This document shows, piece by piece, positions 51,255-64,000 of a stretch of DNA of 64,000 nt (position 1 is the first letter of the stretch; each line of letters starts with the position of its first letter). The notes beneath the pieces were generated by a model that ran no database searches, was not told the origin of the DNA, and worked only from the letters and a program-made list of their open reading frames with translations. This stretch comes from Acanthaster planci (lineage: Eukaryota). The translations under genes and the position numbers were made by a program. Location: the NCBI RefSeq assembly GCF_001949145.1, contig NW_019091355.1, positions 2,255,107 to 2,319,106 on the forward strand, in the 5' to 3' direction.

Positions 51255-54200
51255 TTAATTTACCAAACTTGAAGGACAGAATAGGCGCGGACCTCGTGGC
51301 GCGATGTTAATTTCCATGCACAGTGCCGCTACGGGCCCCGAGCGGGACTGCGAGAGGGCGCGAGTTTCTTAGCAACGGGGATTTCTTTGGTCGGAACTGG
51401 AACTCCTCCCGTTCACGAACGATAGGAAGAACAAGCTAATAGCAGGATTTGACTGCAGTTATCAGTGGCGATTTTCCAAAGAAGTGGGTAAACAATGAAA
51501 AAGCCCAGCAAAGTTTATCTTCATATGTACTCAAGACAAAGGCCATGGCGTCGTCGTGGGGGAGGGAACGCTTGCCCCCAGGGAGAAAAACCAAAATATT
51601 TCAGAACAGGACCACTTTCACTGTCAATGATTCAACAAATTACCTTCTCCCTCCACGCCGACAATGCCTCAACTAGAGAAAAAAATTCCCAGCGACGTTC
51701 ATACCGCCGAGTATATACTTACTCTTCGCTGACAGTGGCGTGGCATAAGGAGCAGTCGACCGAATTCCCTGGGATCGGTGACAGTGCGAAAGTTGGAGTA
51801 TTTCAAGATGGCTCCATACTGGCCTAAATGGAAACAATCAAAGGCTCAAACATAAAACCCAGGTCTGAATGCCGTAGTCCTGTCTCCATGAACTCCCAAC
51901 CGTCTCCCGCACTATCCTCAGATTCACGCATTTCGCAACTCTTTCATGGCCATTTGAATGGGATTCTCACGTCAAATAACAGTCAAGTTCAGTTCAGATT
52001 AGTTAAAATCAGATTAAACTGTGTCATCTCACCGGTCTTTGCAACGAGGCCCTCTCGATGTAAAACACAGTTGCAATCAACGCACATCCAGCCCACGTGA
52101 CGATCATCCTCAATACTGACGTACCCTGCGGAGCCCGCTGGGCACTCAAGTTTCGTCAGCACGGGCGCCTTTTGGGCTGGCAGAAAACAAAAGAAAGCGG
52201 GGAAAAAAAGAAAAGAAATGAACATCACGGTGTGAAAGGAGTGTCCACTGGAAGCCTCACACGTGATTTGAGTCTTTATTCAAGTCCATCCAACAGGACA
52301 GGAGTATCCACTGGAAGCCTCACACGTGATTTTAGTCTTTATTCAAGTCCATCCAACAGGACGGTGAAACAAGTTACAATGAGGAAGACAATGACTAATT
52401 TATTGTCCACTTTTGGATTTGGGAGAAAGACCCCGGACAAAAATTTAAGAGAATACCCACGGAATCAGGCAGGGACTGAAAACCTAATCCACTTGCCGCC
52501 CTAGACGTGATTCGAGCCATGGGTAGCAGAGGTATAACGTGGGGGAAGTAAATGGCTTAACTCCAACCTGACTTTCCACGTCTCAACCACGCAGTTTACA
52601 AATTACATGGCAATGCTCCAGCGAACACGCGACTGTGACTGTTACCTGGTTTAGCTTTTGGGGATTCGATTTGTGACAGACGCGACAACAGGTCTACTGG
52701 ACATCAGAGGGATACCAGAAAGTCTATACCAGGCAAGATATGGGACGAAGGGGTACCCCCCCTTACCTGTCCAATCCCTATACACACTCTAGACTACGTT
52801 NNNNNNNNNNNNNNNNNNNNNNNNNNNNNNNNNNNNNNNNNNNNNNNNNNNNNNNNNNNNNNNNNNNNNNNNNNNNNNNNNNNNNNNNNNNNNNNNNNNN
52901 NNNNNNNNNNNNNNNNNNNNNNNNNNNNNNNNNNNNNNNNNNNNNNNNACACAAAGGCAGGGGGGTTCTCTCCGTCCCAAATCTTGCTTCAAATGAGAAA
53001 GTCCGACAGTAAGTTGACAAGTAATGAAATTTTGAGAGGAATCGGTCATGTTAAAAACATTTACCGCATTCAAAACACATTGCGTCGGGGCTATAAGCAT
53101 TACAGGAAGCCTCACTTATGAGCCTAAACATAAAATATCTTCAGTTAGAAAACAACACGACACGAAATAAAGGGTACCACATAGTCAAGGACAATTTTCA
53201 TTGGCATTTCGAATATAGTCAAACCCTGCTTTAGGGCAGTACTAATAAGTTAGTGAATGCTTCAAAAATATATACCATTTACAAATATATTTTACTTACA
53301 AGGGAGGCCAACATATCTGAAAGATTCGTGTGCTTCATTGAAGACCGTACACGTCTTTGCATTGAAGATAATGTACGTGCGATGCGACGGCTGTTGGAAA
53401 ACCAGTCAGCAATTATCAGCCAGTAAATAGGATCTCCGCGAGCATTAGTACTTTCGCCCCCTCCGGCGAAAGAGCGTGTGACCAAACAACCTCAGAAATC
53501 ACGTGATCTGATTGTTCTACCAACTGCTACGCATCGCCTGATCGAGCTCCCGTGAGGAGAGGCTGGTCACGTGGAATTATTTGCACCGTCTAGGTCCAGC
53601 CTGTAGGAAGCGACTTAATACTAGCCCGTGAAACCTGGTGCGCTACTTTTTTCAGTAGCTGAGGTGACCAATGGTTCATGAAGAGGGGACAATGCAATAC
53701 ACCATTTAAGACATTTCAAAAACAGGAATCCATTACGTCGCTTCGATAGCTTAGTTGGTAGTGATTTAAAGTACAGATCCATTGTTCCTGGTTCGAATCC
53801 GACCCATTTGTGCTATTCATTTTCTGATTTCATCATTGTGTTTGGGATTTCCTTTTTCAATTGATGCAGAAACAGAGTCCAAGCAAGAACCCTCTAAGAG
53901 TCGTGGGAAAATAGCAGACCAGGTTTCACGGGTTAATATCTAGTCACTTCCCCAGCTGTATGGCCTTGGGTGAGAGAGTCGCGGTGTTTCAAGCATGTAT
54001 AGTGGGATTTTCCCGTGCATTTTTGGTTTTGCTGATGCATTTCAGTATTGTTGAATTCAGCACCCCCACTGCAGACCACGCCCCCAAAAAGGACACTATC
54101 TTCACAAAACAACTGAGAAGTCTGCCTAGGAAGGTCTCCGCCTGATCTATTTTGAAAGAAACAGAAAAAAGACATTAAATAGGGATCGTTTAACTACAAC

Positions 54201-55421
54201 TAAATCTGAGGCAATTTGGTCACAACGTGCCGAGTTGTGTCAAAAAAGACGTAGGTGCCTCCTCGGAGGGGTTTAATTAACCTTAAAACAAGTCACCCAC
54301 TTGGTCAAAAAATAGAATATAATACCCTCATAGTACACTTGCTCGCTTGGTACCAGAGTTTGAAATTATTGCTCTAGAGCTCTCTGTCTCCTTCGTGTCT
54401 GGATTACAGTCCTTTTCTTTCAGGGTTTAAATTCTATCCTCCCTCACAATTGTACAGATCTGCATGCCGTGACTTACACTTTTGAGATCTTGGAGGATTC
54501 GCAAGGTGAAACCTGGAGACCGTCCATGGATTCCATGGAACATGTACTCCGTGACTCCAAAGCCGATGTTACGACTTTTGGCGTAGATTCCGGTCACCAA
54601 CTCGACGCCACGATTAGTAATGGCCACAGAGGGATCTAGAAAGACAAACGGAACAAAATGAAATGGGGGTCAAATCACAACATGCCATCTGGGGAGATTT
54701 AAAGCGTGTCACGATGAACAACAACGACTGTTTAGGGGCGGGTCCAGGAAATTTTCCGTGGTAGGGGCGTCAGGCCCGTCAGAATTTTTAAAATGTCCGA
54801 TTATGAGCCCCGAGCTGGACCAAGAGAGAACTGCACTTCGCTGGTTCACAAACGACCATGAAATGCACGCGTTAGCGGCGCGTCGCTACCAGCAAAATAC
54901 ACTCCCGACAAATGGCTGTTTTCAACGGATGAGGGGGTGCTTCAGTCTGCTCAAGGCGGATTACGGACAGGTGGACAAATAGCATTGTTACTTATGCGCT
55001 TACCTTTATACACGTAGTAGTTACGTCATCTTGGTTTTTATTATGCCATCTGTGTTATTGATTACTTTTATTCATTTTATTTATGAATCATTTATTTTGG
55101 TGCCAGAGTGGTGGTGGTGGTGGAACGATATTGTCAAACTTTAATTACAGGCATACATATCATATAACTATTATGATACATAAGGATAGTAGAAAAGTCA
55201 TGGTGAAGTTTTAGAAGTGATAGATGGATTTGTCTGACAAGAACAAGAAATGAACCACCAAATCTGGATACCAACGACCCGACGTCTGCTGCCTTACTGA
55301 TGTGAATGATGAAGTTGTCGGCCTCGCAGCACTGGAATCTTCTCGGGCAGTGGCCACTTTGGGCGACCGGCGACACCAGCATCATCAGGCCCACCAGGCC
55401 CCATAGTGTCAGGCTGTGCAT
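51255..55421 (-). CDS. Ependymin-related secreted protein 2, about 236 aa; last exon tentative
   Basis: Exons 55421-55298, 54635-54478, 53390-53300, 52176-52033, 51823-51723, 51347-51255(?); phases 1,0,1,1,0 as in gene 1. Signal peptide, QCCEADNF, RILQD, TYIIFNAKTC, CVLHRE, YSNFRTVTDPREFGRLLLMPRHC. Confidence 0.7.
52238..52361 (+). repeat. Local tandem duplication of about 62 bp
   Basis: ggagt.tccactggaagcctcacacgtgattt.agtctttattcaagtccatccaacaggac occurs twice here and once in the 50388-50448 counterpart. Confidence 0.85.
52801..52948. other. Assembly gap
   Basis: Run of N inside intron 3 of ependymin-related gene 2. Confidence 1.
53621..53936. mobile_element. TA-flanked MITE carrying a tRNA-Tyr-derived segment, copy 2
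   Basis: Near-identical to 50702-51019; part of the local duplication. Confidence 0.75.
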
Positions 55422-57429
55422 CTTTCACGAAATTGAATGGTGTCTAATGTGCTGCAACAGGCGTCGTCTAGCTGCCTCCTCTCTGAATACAAGGGTATTT
55501 CTATTAACCATTTCAAATAATTTCTAGACCGGGTTCAGAGGACCATAGGTTATTAGCCGACTTCCACTGAGCCTCTAAAAAGGGTCAACGTTTGCTCCCA
55601 AAGAGACAGAGGTAATACTTCTGGGCCACAATATGGATTTGTGAACTAAGGTACCCGGTGAATTGAACAGTTTACAGGCTGGACTTTATGTTTCTGGTGT
55701 TGCTATTATTTTCACGTCTATCAATTTATTTAAAATAACTGTTAAGAGGGGTTTTATCAGAGACTCACTCTTTCGGAGAATGTGTTTGTGCACTCTTTTA
55801 TAACGAAGGATTAATCTCTCATTCAAGTGACACACACAATGCATTGAACAAGAAACTATAAGAATAGTCTCTCGACCATAAACAAACAAATTTGTACAAA
55901 TACCGCAGTTTAATCCAGTATGTACACAGTTGTTTCTGAAAAATAACGAAACGCCAGACAGTAGTACAGTGTTTAAAGCCGCAAAGGGACAAAATGATAA
56001 CAAGTTGACAACATATCGAACCACCATCATTCAATGTAACTGTGAAATTTAATTTAAATAGAGTTGTCTGGTGACCGGCTTTTGGCAGCCAGTCTAAAGC
56101 CGGAATGTGTCCCTGTTATAGGTTTTTAGCTCTTGACTACCGTGAGAAATTAAACCTTGGGACTGTTCGACAAAGTTTGTCGTTTCAAACTTAATGTTGA
56201 TTTGGATTTTTCATTACCATTTACGACAAGACGGTTTTACGAGGAAATGGCGGCACTGTATTTTGCAGGTTTATTAGGCGCCACACGAAAGCCAACTTTT
56301 ATGACTACTGCTCGCCGGCTTTGAATTTCCATTCAAACAATTACAACGCTAAAACACCCACAAACAAGGACCTCAGTTTTAGGTCCATCTTCAGTTTCTG
56401 CGTATTGTTGAAAAACAGCTGAATTCTTTTTCTAAGTTAAAGAGAAAATGGTAACTAATATAGAGTGCGTTTAATACAAGAATACCTTCAAAAACACAGG
56501 ATACTATAGCTTATGCGGGTAATATGCTTTAATAATATTTACAAGCCGACAACGGCAAACTGATAACTGAGTATTTCTTTTTGCTTTGTTATTGAAGTGC
56601 GACGAAACTAAAAGTACTATTATCAGAGATGATCGATTTTCCAAAGGTTACTTTCGCACACAAAGCTGTATCTTAGATTTAGAAAGTAAAGAGCAATCAG
56701 GTTGCCGTACAAAAAACTAAGAAAAATTGGCACAACCTAAAATACAAAGAATACGTTTTACGCGAAAAGTGTGTACGTTGTAACGTTACACGGGCACACG
56801 ACAATGCAGCAAAAGGTTAGGCACTTACACAATACCACAAAAGGCACAACATTTAACAATAGAGAACACTGTTGTAAAATAAACAAAATCATTACCGAAG
56901 ATCAATGAAACATGTATGAATTACCATACAATTACCGTATTGGTTCTATATTAAAACAAATAGAATTTTTTTCACACTGTTGCTAGTCAGCTTATCAGTC
57001 AGATTCTCCAGATGTTAGCTGTAAAGTTACTTTTCACATTCTATCCGTTCTTAATTAAATATCTATAATATTTCGACGGACGTCTGAAGTTTACCTTATG
57101 AATGCATTCTGTATTGAAGCCTGTCAAAATATACCAATTATGAAGATCCTACTCGTATTTTAATCATGCAGCAATTACGTTTCACGTTTGTATTGGAACT
57201 CTTTTATAATGCTTATTTAGACGGTTCCGCTCTTGCACGGTATCTGTGAAGGGTAATTCAAAGTTGATCAATGATCACCCAAATGATTTCATGTTTTCTC
57301 TAAAAATCGATTTCCAAGAAAATCGGCACAAAAGCGAAGTAAACCTAATGGGTGTACCGTTGGACAACATCTCTGATTAGTTAATTTAACCTTAAGCTGT
57401 CAACCGAATTAACGCTGGTACCCGAAGGT

Positions 57430-60400
57430 CTAGATGCTAATGGCATTTGGAATCTCTCGTGGATTGAGGTACGGGTATCGAACGTTCCTTTTCGCATCAC
57501 GTGACGCAATAGTTTCCTCAATTGAAAACAACTCCTGGAGAAATCTGAAAATAGCCAAATAAATGTAAATAAAGAAACTCATCCCAAAAATTACTTCTTA
57601 AAGAACACAAACCAAAGAAAATTTAAGGCAACATTAATCACCAAAAAGCCCCGAGACCGTACACAGAGCCAGGGTAAACGGTAAGCGCTTCTGGACGGTT
57701 GTACACCTCCTAAGGCCAAGGACACAGGCAGAATAAAGTCTATCATCGGGAACCAGCAGTCCGGCATCATAGAGAGAGAAATAACCACGAAGCAAAGATG
57801 TGGGTTTTAGGGCAGAAGACAGACAGCAAAGGCAAAGTTCAACGGGGTAGCATCTGCCTTAATTTCTGATAAGAGACGGTGAGCACAGTAGACTTACTCG
57901 GCCACCGCCTCCTTCCCGACTGGGTCGGTCTGGTAGATCTTCTCGAAGTTACCGAGCCGCCGCGTCGCTCGTTCGCTCAGGATTCGCGTGAAAGACATTG
58001 TATCCAGCGTGCGTTTCTTATTGGGCAAACTTTGTAGGATGTCGTGCTCTGTTCGTGGAGTCTGGGAAAAGGTATGACACGTGATCAAAGTTCCGTTAGT
58101 ATAATTTAAGTTCAAAATAGACAATCTCTCCACTGGAGTGACAAGGAATTGTCATACCACGAAACTACCACAGTGTGCAATAAAATACAAACCGAGGTTT
58201 CAGCATCTCACTTTGACTTGATTTTGAAAAGGTTTCTAACTAGCCAGCGAAAGTCAGCAACGTGGCATGCGACCACCCAGCACCAAGAAGCGCAATGATA
58301 GTGCTTGTCCTCTGAGGAAGTGGGGTTTATAATGGACAGGTCCTGAAGGCCTCCGGGATATTTTCATCTGGCCTTGAGTCCCTGCTTAAGTATGTCAGTT
58401 GTACCAAAGTGGCCATTACCTTATCCTTTGGCGGTGTTCCGTTCATCCAGAGAGGTGCATTTGGCGGGAAGGCATACTCGTCATACTGGTTGAAATTGAC
58501 CGCGGCATGTTGCACGCTGCTAATGAAGATGATGGATGTCAAGACGTCAATCAGCTGGTGGTTGGCGCTGAACCTTCCGTTGCCAGCGACTCCCTTCAGT
58601 AAAACAAACCATACTCCCAGATGACTTAACCAGTTACAGTAGCACGCACAAGATTGCAGACAAAAGAGGATATATGATTTGTGATGATACTTACACCTCA
58701 ACCATTGCGGCTGGGGTATGATGTTGTATGCATTTTTTTTTTAAATTTGAGGTTTACTGGTGGTATGGGCCTACTTTATCATTCTTGATCAGTAGCGAAG
58801 GATATATGGTACTTTTAATGCACAGATTTGACTCATGACTTTGATTGGCCTACCTTAATACCACAACCTCCATTTTCAATGGGCTTAACGAGTGTTTCGG
58901 CAAACTCTTGGATTTCACTGTCCCCGCTAAGAAGTTCTGGTGTGTCTAAGTCACAAGGGTACAACAAAGTGGGCATAAATTTTCATGAATTTGTCTAGCA
59001 AAATAGAATGACTTTTATTTTTTTTTCAGGAATCAGTGAGGGTCCGGAGGCATTTAACTGTGTCTTATAATCCTATGTTTGAAAAGGAAAAGTCAGAAAA
59101 ATTTGGAATTACTTCAGATAAAAGGTTATGGAGTGGATCTTAAATTAAGAGTGCTAGTTTCTATCGTGGTTCAACCTACAATCATGCTTCCAAAAGAAGG
59201 AGTTTCAATGGAGATGACCGTTGAAGGTGAGTGTTAAACACAGAAGGAAAAGTTAAGAGTACAGATGAAGAGCGTTCGTTTGATGGTGCGTTCAAGTTAA
59301 AACAGATTACAGATACTGGGGCAAGGACGCTGGTTAGGTATTAAAAAAATGAACCGTACGCGTTGCATAGAAATGAACGCTTTACAACTAACTCTCACTG
59401 GTGTGTTGTGGATAATGACTGTGCCAAGGCACAGAAAATATTGGGCTTACCATATCGTTTGTTAACCACAAACGCTGCGTACCGCTTGATGGCGCCGTGC
59501 AGCAAAAGGGCATCGTCCCTGTAGTGGTAACCGGGTAAGACATCCGGGTCATCCACCCCGCGGCTGCGAAGATCCTCTGGGAGGCTGCCCTCAACGCCAA
59601 GACGCCACTCGGGAAACACGCGCTGGACGAGTCCAACGAAGCCCTGGGAGCCAGCGTTGATGTTCTTGTCCACAATGCCACCAGGATCGATCAGTGTCAC
59701 CAAGGCAAAACTTTCAGTCACAAATGAATCAATAGTTGTGATAATAAACTGTGCATATAAAGGCCTCACAATCTCTTAATCACCTTTACTTGTTAACGGT
59801 TATACTTAGCTCAAGTTCAAACGATGGCGCACTCAGGATTTGTTGTGGGGGATCTCGGACCGGAATCCACTCCCCAAATAGCTCCAGCCCCCCTCCCTTC
59901 AGAGGTGCCAAAGGAGACTGGAATTAATGGCTGTATCCTGTACCACAGCGACTTGTTTAAGGTGACGGTGTGTGTCTTCGTTTTAACAGACAGAAAGAAG
60001 CTCAAGTCCCCCAAGGCCCTCCTCTGCATCATAGTGTTTAAACCCTTACAAGTATGAAGAGATTCTATGATATTGATCCAATATTAATTGGCGTTTTCGA
60101 TCGAGGCTGGCTGCATTGAGAAAAAATACAAAATCACCCACCTGTTTATAGCCATGACGTAGAGGAAGTGAGGAGCGAGGAGCTTGTAGATGGGGTGGGA
60201 CGGGGAGAGGCAACGGTTGGCAGCTACTGCCATGGTCTCTGATATCAGATGGGTGAAGCCCAGATGAGCCACTGACTCGTGAACTGCGCCGTCGGCGTTG
60301 TTGAACCACAACTTCGCTAACATCCAGGTGTACTCCGGATCCGTCGGAAGGAACACCTAAAAAATAAATAATATCTATAAATAATAATATGATAATAAAC

Positions 60401-63400
60401 AGAATAATAATACAGAATGTCTATAAAAGCATACATGTATATCTGAATTTCTGCTGGCTACTTTACCAGACCTTTAACCTGTAAGACCCAGATTTAAATC
60501 TCACAGTCTGAAAGCCGAATTAGCCTACACAAATCCCGGAAAGGCAAAAACTTAACACAAAGGAACAAAACCCTTTATCTCTTACAGTGTTGGTTTGGGC
60601 ATCATTTGGGATGGGTTAGGTTGGATTAGGATGGGTTGGTTTGGATGAGGCTTGGCTGGGCTAGGTTGGGTTGGGTTGGATGGGGCTGGATGGGGTGTGC
60701 TGGGTGGAGCTGGGCTTGGTTTGGTTGGTTGGGCTGGGCTGAGTTTGGGTAGGTTGGGCTGGGTTGGGTTAGGCTGGATTTCGCAAGGTTGGGTTGGGTT
60801 GGTTGCGTTGGGTTGGGTTGGGTTTTTCTCGAACGGCTTTTTTGAATTGATCCTACCGGATTGTCTGACGATGGTTCCTGGTATAGTTGAATGGCTACGG
60901 GCATCAAAGTTTTGGACTGATTGAGGAAGAAGAGCGCAATAGGTGCACACACCTATAAAAGAAACGAGAAAAGACCTATAACAAATAAGAATCGGTCATT
61001 GAAAGTTTCATTCACTTGGCACTTAAACAAGCAGCATAAACGTTTGGCTTGGACACAGTTTTTGTTGAACTGTACATATTTAAAATCTAGGCGTGTTGGT
61101 TTTGTGGCATAGATTTGCGACAGAATACCTTTTAAAAGTGAATTTTTTCTTTTGAAATTGGAAGTCTGAAGTTTTGTATTCATAACTACCAGATTTTGGG
61201 CCTTCGGTATCAACGAATTAACACAGGAAACTTGTACAAAATTATGTTCAAAATTTCCTGTAACCCATTGGCCACTTCGCGCTATGTTGATTTCAGATGG
61301 ATTCTGAGCATGCGCAGGTGAACATTATTCTCTTTCATGCGGACTGGTACAAAACAGACAATTTACTCTCATGCGTTGCCCCAAAAGAATGGAATCTTAC
61401 GATTCTGTTGTCCGTAGTTTGGATATCTTTCAGAACACTGTAATTGACGATAAAGAGTTTTTTGCTTTGAATGGCCTCTTGAATGCTCATTCCTTCCAGC
61501 AGTGGCTTCATCATGTTGTCAGTAACAGCCAAACTGCGACACCGTGGAAAAGAAACAGAATATTGCGAGACAGAAATGTAAATGAAAAGGGTGTGTAAAA
61601 TTGTAATAGTAGGCCTACAGGAACTGTTCTTGCCATTTTCAAAGTTTATTTTTCGCATTTTTCATTGCAAACCTCATGTTTTTAAGTATCATCGTGATTG
61701 CCCACAACTCAAAGCAGATGAAGGAGAAAGTATTCTCTACATTAATTTTCAGAACTTTGTGTTGGTATCAAAGTGTAATTTGGCCATTAGAGCCCCTGTT
61801 TGCACCACTTCAATAAAAATCACACACCCTTCCAATTTTCAGTCAGTGTTACATCACATTACCCTGTACAGGCATCTGCCGTTGACTTCAAATAATCCCA
61901 TTGTCAAAATACTTGGAAAGAATGGATTTTGCCGAAAGAAACTCTTGTTTGTATCTGGTCGCAATAACAATTCTTACTTTGCTGGGATTTCTGTGCAGAG
62001 GCGAATCTGACAAGGGTTGCACCCGTTCAGCCTTTGGTTGGCAAACGATTCATCACTCCGCCAGTTATCGACTCCCTGGAATACCAGTGTAATTACTGTT
62101 GTAGATTAATTCCACCAAAGGATATTCATAACTGCATATTTATGAACAGTCAGCTCGCAACCCGTACAAGCCCTAATGTGAAGAAGCTAGAATGACATGC
62201 AATGACATAACAGATGGCAAAATCTTGCTACAGACGTCGGCAACTGCTCAACAAGAAGTTCCCCACAATTTAATATGCAAAATGATTGCACCAATTGTCA
62301 ATGTAACGATATAAACTAAAACTGCTGTCATCGCGTCTCGCAGAAATCTACCATCAAAATGGCTTACATCAGTAAGCAGCTTGGCGATATTCCACGTCCA
62401 CACATTCTATAGCTTACGTATGGTATGGGTAGCGTCTTGTTGTATACTTTGATGATGTCGTCAAGTGTTTCCCAGTTGTCAGTTGTTAAGTAAGTGGTTA
62501 GAGTATCGATTTCATAGATGGCGGCTTGCCTCGCTAGAACATCAAACTGTGATAAAAGAAAATAGAAACGGCAAAATATGTGAATAAAACACGAGTTATT
62601 TTCTGTAACTCTAGACATGGTGACTAAAACCTTTGAAGCACCCCGAGGTTGACACCGAAGTCTTAAAGAAGCTATTTACATGGAGACAAAAGTCACCCCG
62701 TTCGAAGACAAGGCAAAGTATTATGAACGAAGGCATTCTTTCGTCAACGTTTACCTTTTGCTCTAAAACTTGAAATTTATCTTTGCCGTGAGTAACTTGG
62801 GGACTGACTTCTTTTTGACGAGATTAAAGTCGCACCACGTTACATCTTTCTTTTTATATAACCTGCTGAATTTTGCGTTCGCTTTTTTTTTACAAATGGA
62901 AAAAGCTACAGACTCACAAAATATTTGTTCGAAAATTCCTGTTCGTCCGGTAGCTGAACAACCTAAATGTTAAGCAATAGAAAGAAATATAACAGAGTTA
63001 AAACTTTTGAGCAAAATTTTTAAATATATGCCTCGTTTTTGTGTGTGTGTTTGTTTGTTTGTTTTTTGTTGCATACTCCTGTGACAGTTTTGTTTACATG
63101 TATTAACCTAACAAAGGAAATAATCTTTGCCTTCGAACCGCACAGTTTTTTGATATTCAATAGCAGCCATTCATCTTGTGCAGTTTTTTCAGCCTTCGTC
63201 CTGCTTACCTGTGCGATGGCCAGCTCCCCTTTAAACTTCCTCTCCAGCTGATAGATCTGCTTCTTCCGGGCCAATTCGTCCAATCGCTGCTTGCGATTGG
63301 GGTCGTGCTCGGGTAGGAAGGAGTCATTCCTGGCGGCACGGAAAGTCTCTCCCTGCCTAATCCAGCGGTGAAACGGAAAGATGCTACCGCAATACGCCGG

Positions 63401-63831
63401 TAGGTCCTCGTGCTTGACTTCGATGGTTTCCACAAACCTTCAGCCACAACGAAAGTAATAATGAGGAAATTTAGGCCCTCAGCTTCAATAAGTGAGAGAA
63501 CCAGCTTCAAATGTCTCCAAGTTTTCTTCAACAATGAAAAGTTTATGAAGGGGACACAAACAGTTCGAGCGGCACTTTGGAATGTAAAATGTTTTCCAAG
63601 TCACTATAAAAAGTTTAACGCCTGTTTGTACCAGTTCTGACACTTTGACCCCTCGGACAGCGTCAGCTCAATTTCTTCCACGGCTGCAGTGATGCCTGTC
63701 TTTTTCAAATAGAATGTATCCAGGCTTCCCCGTTCAAAGTCATTGCTCCAAGTACAGTCAAGCTTAACCGCAGGGGATGATCCAGAGGCGTTATATAATC
63801 TCAAGGTGACATTGGAGTCCGTTCCTGAACC
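57430..63831 (-). CDS. Arachidonate lipoxygenase-like protein (PLAT + catalytic domain); 5' end outside the window
   Basis: Exons 63831-63632, 63437-63209, 62962-62918, 62546-62418, 62075-61978, 61533-61401, 60952-60857, 60356-60142, 59710-59451, 58945-58854, 58593-58420, 58061-57898, 57544-57430, in phase. Motifs [63 protein letters not shown] and C-terminal IPNAISI*. Confidence 0.95.
60590..60825 (+). repeat. Degenerate (GGGTT/GGGCT)n pentanucleotide microsatellite in a LOX intron
   Basis: Directly visible gggtt/gggct/ggatg units. Confidence 0.9.
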
Positions 63832-64000
63832 CTGGCAAGAAATTCGAGACAAGAAATGCAATCATCAGAGAGGCACGGATCAGTTTGACTAGCTTGTTGG
63901 TTGCGGAGAAAAAGCCTTATATCAACATTTTCTGACTTGCAACTCGCTTATGAACTCTGACGTCAATGACGTAATTCACTTCAGCTCTCGTTAGCGTACT

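Noticed and set aside
60582..60952. Pro/Gln/Asn-rich and Gly/Trp-rich ORFs; telomeric repeat
   Set aside because: Read-through from a LOX exon into an intronic 5-bp microsatellite; the unit is GGGTT, not TTAGGG.

Overview
Eukaryotic, intron-rich DNA, probably from a marine invertebrate; the taxon cannot be fixed from the sequence alone. I reconstructed exons by hand using GT-AG boundaries and phase consistency. Genes in order: (1) a signal-peptide first exon of an unidentified minus-strand gene running off the left edge; (2) a complete annexin A7/A11-like gene (+) with a long GGYPPAP-repeat N-terminus; (3) a C4orf45/SPMIP2-like gene (-); (4) a secreted PAN + Link-like + uncharacterised-domain gene (-) with an in-frame TAA inside a skippable exon; (5) two convergent, very divergent ependymin-related genes with identical intron phases, plus a decayed partial duplicate of the second next to assembly Ns; (6) a 5'-truncated PLAT + lipoxygenase gene (-). 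Non-coding features include several MITE/foldback elements, V-domain-like SINEs, a MITE carrying a tRNA-Tyr-derived segment, and a Penelope-like fragment whose inverted repeats each contain a minimal hammerhead-like motif. There is also a visible CpG-poor/CpG-rich mosaic. Family assignments come from motif recognition, not database searches.
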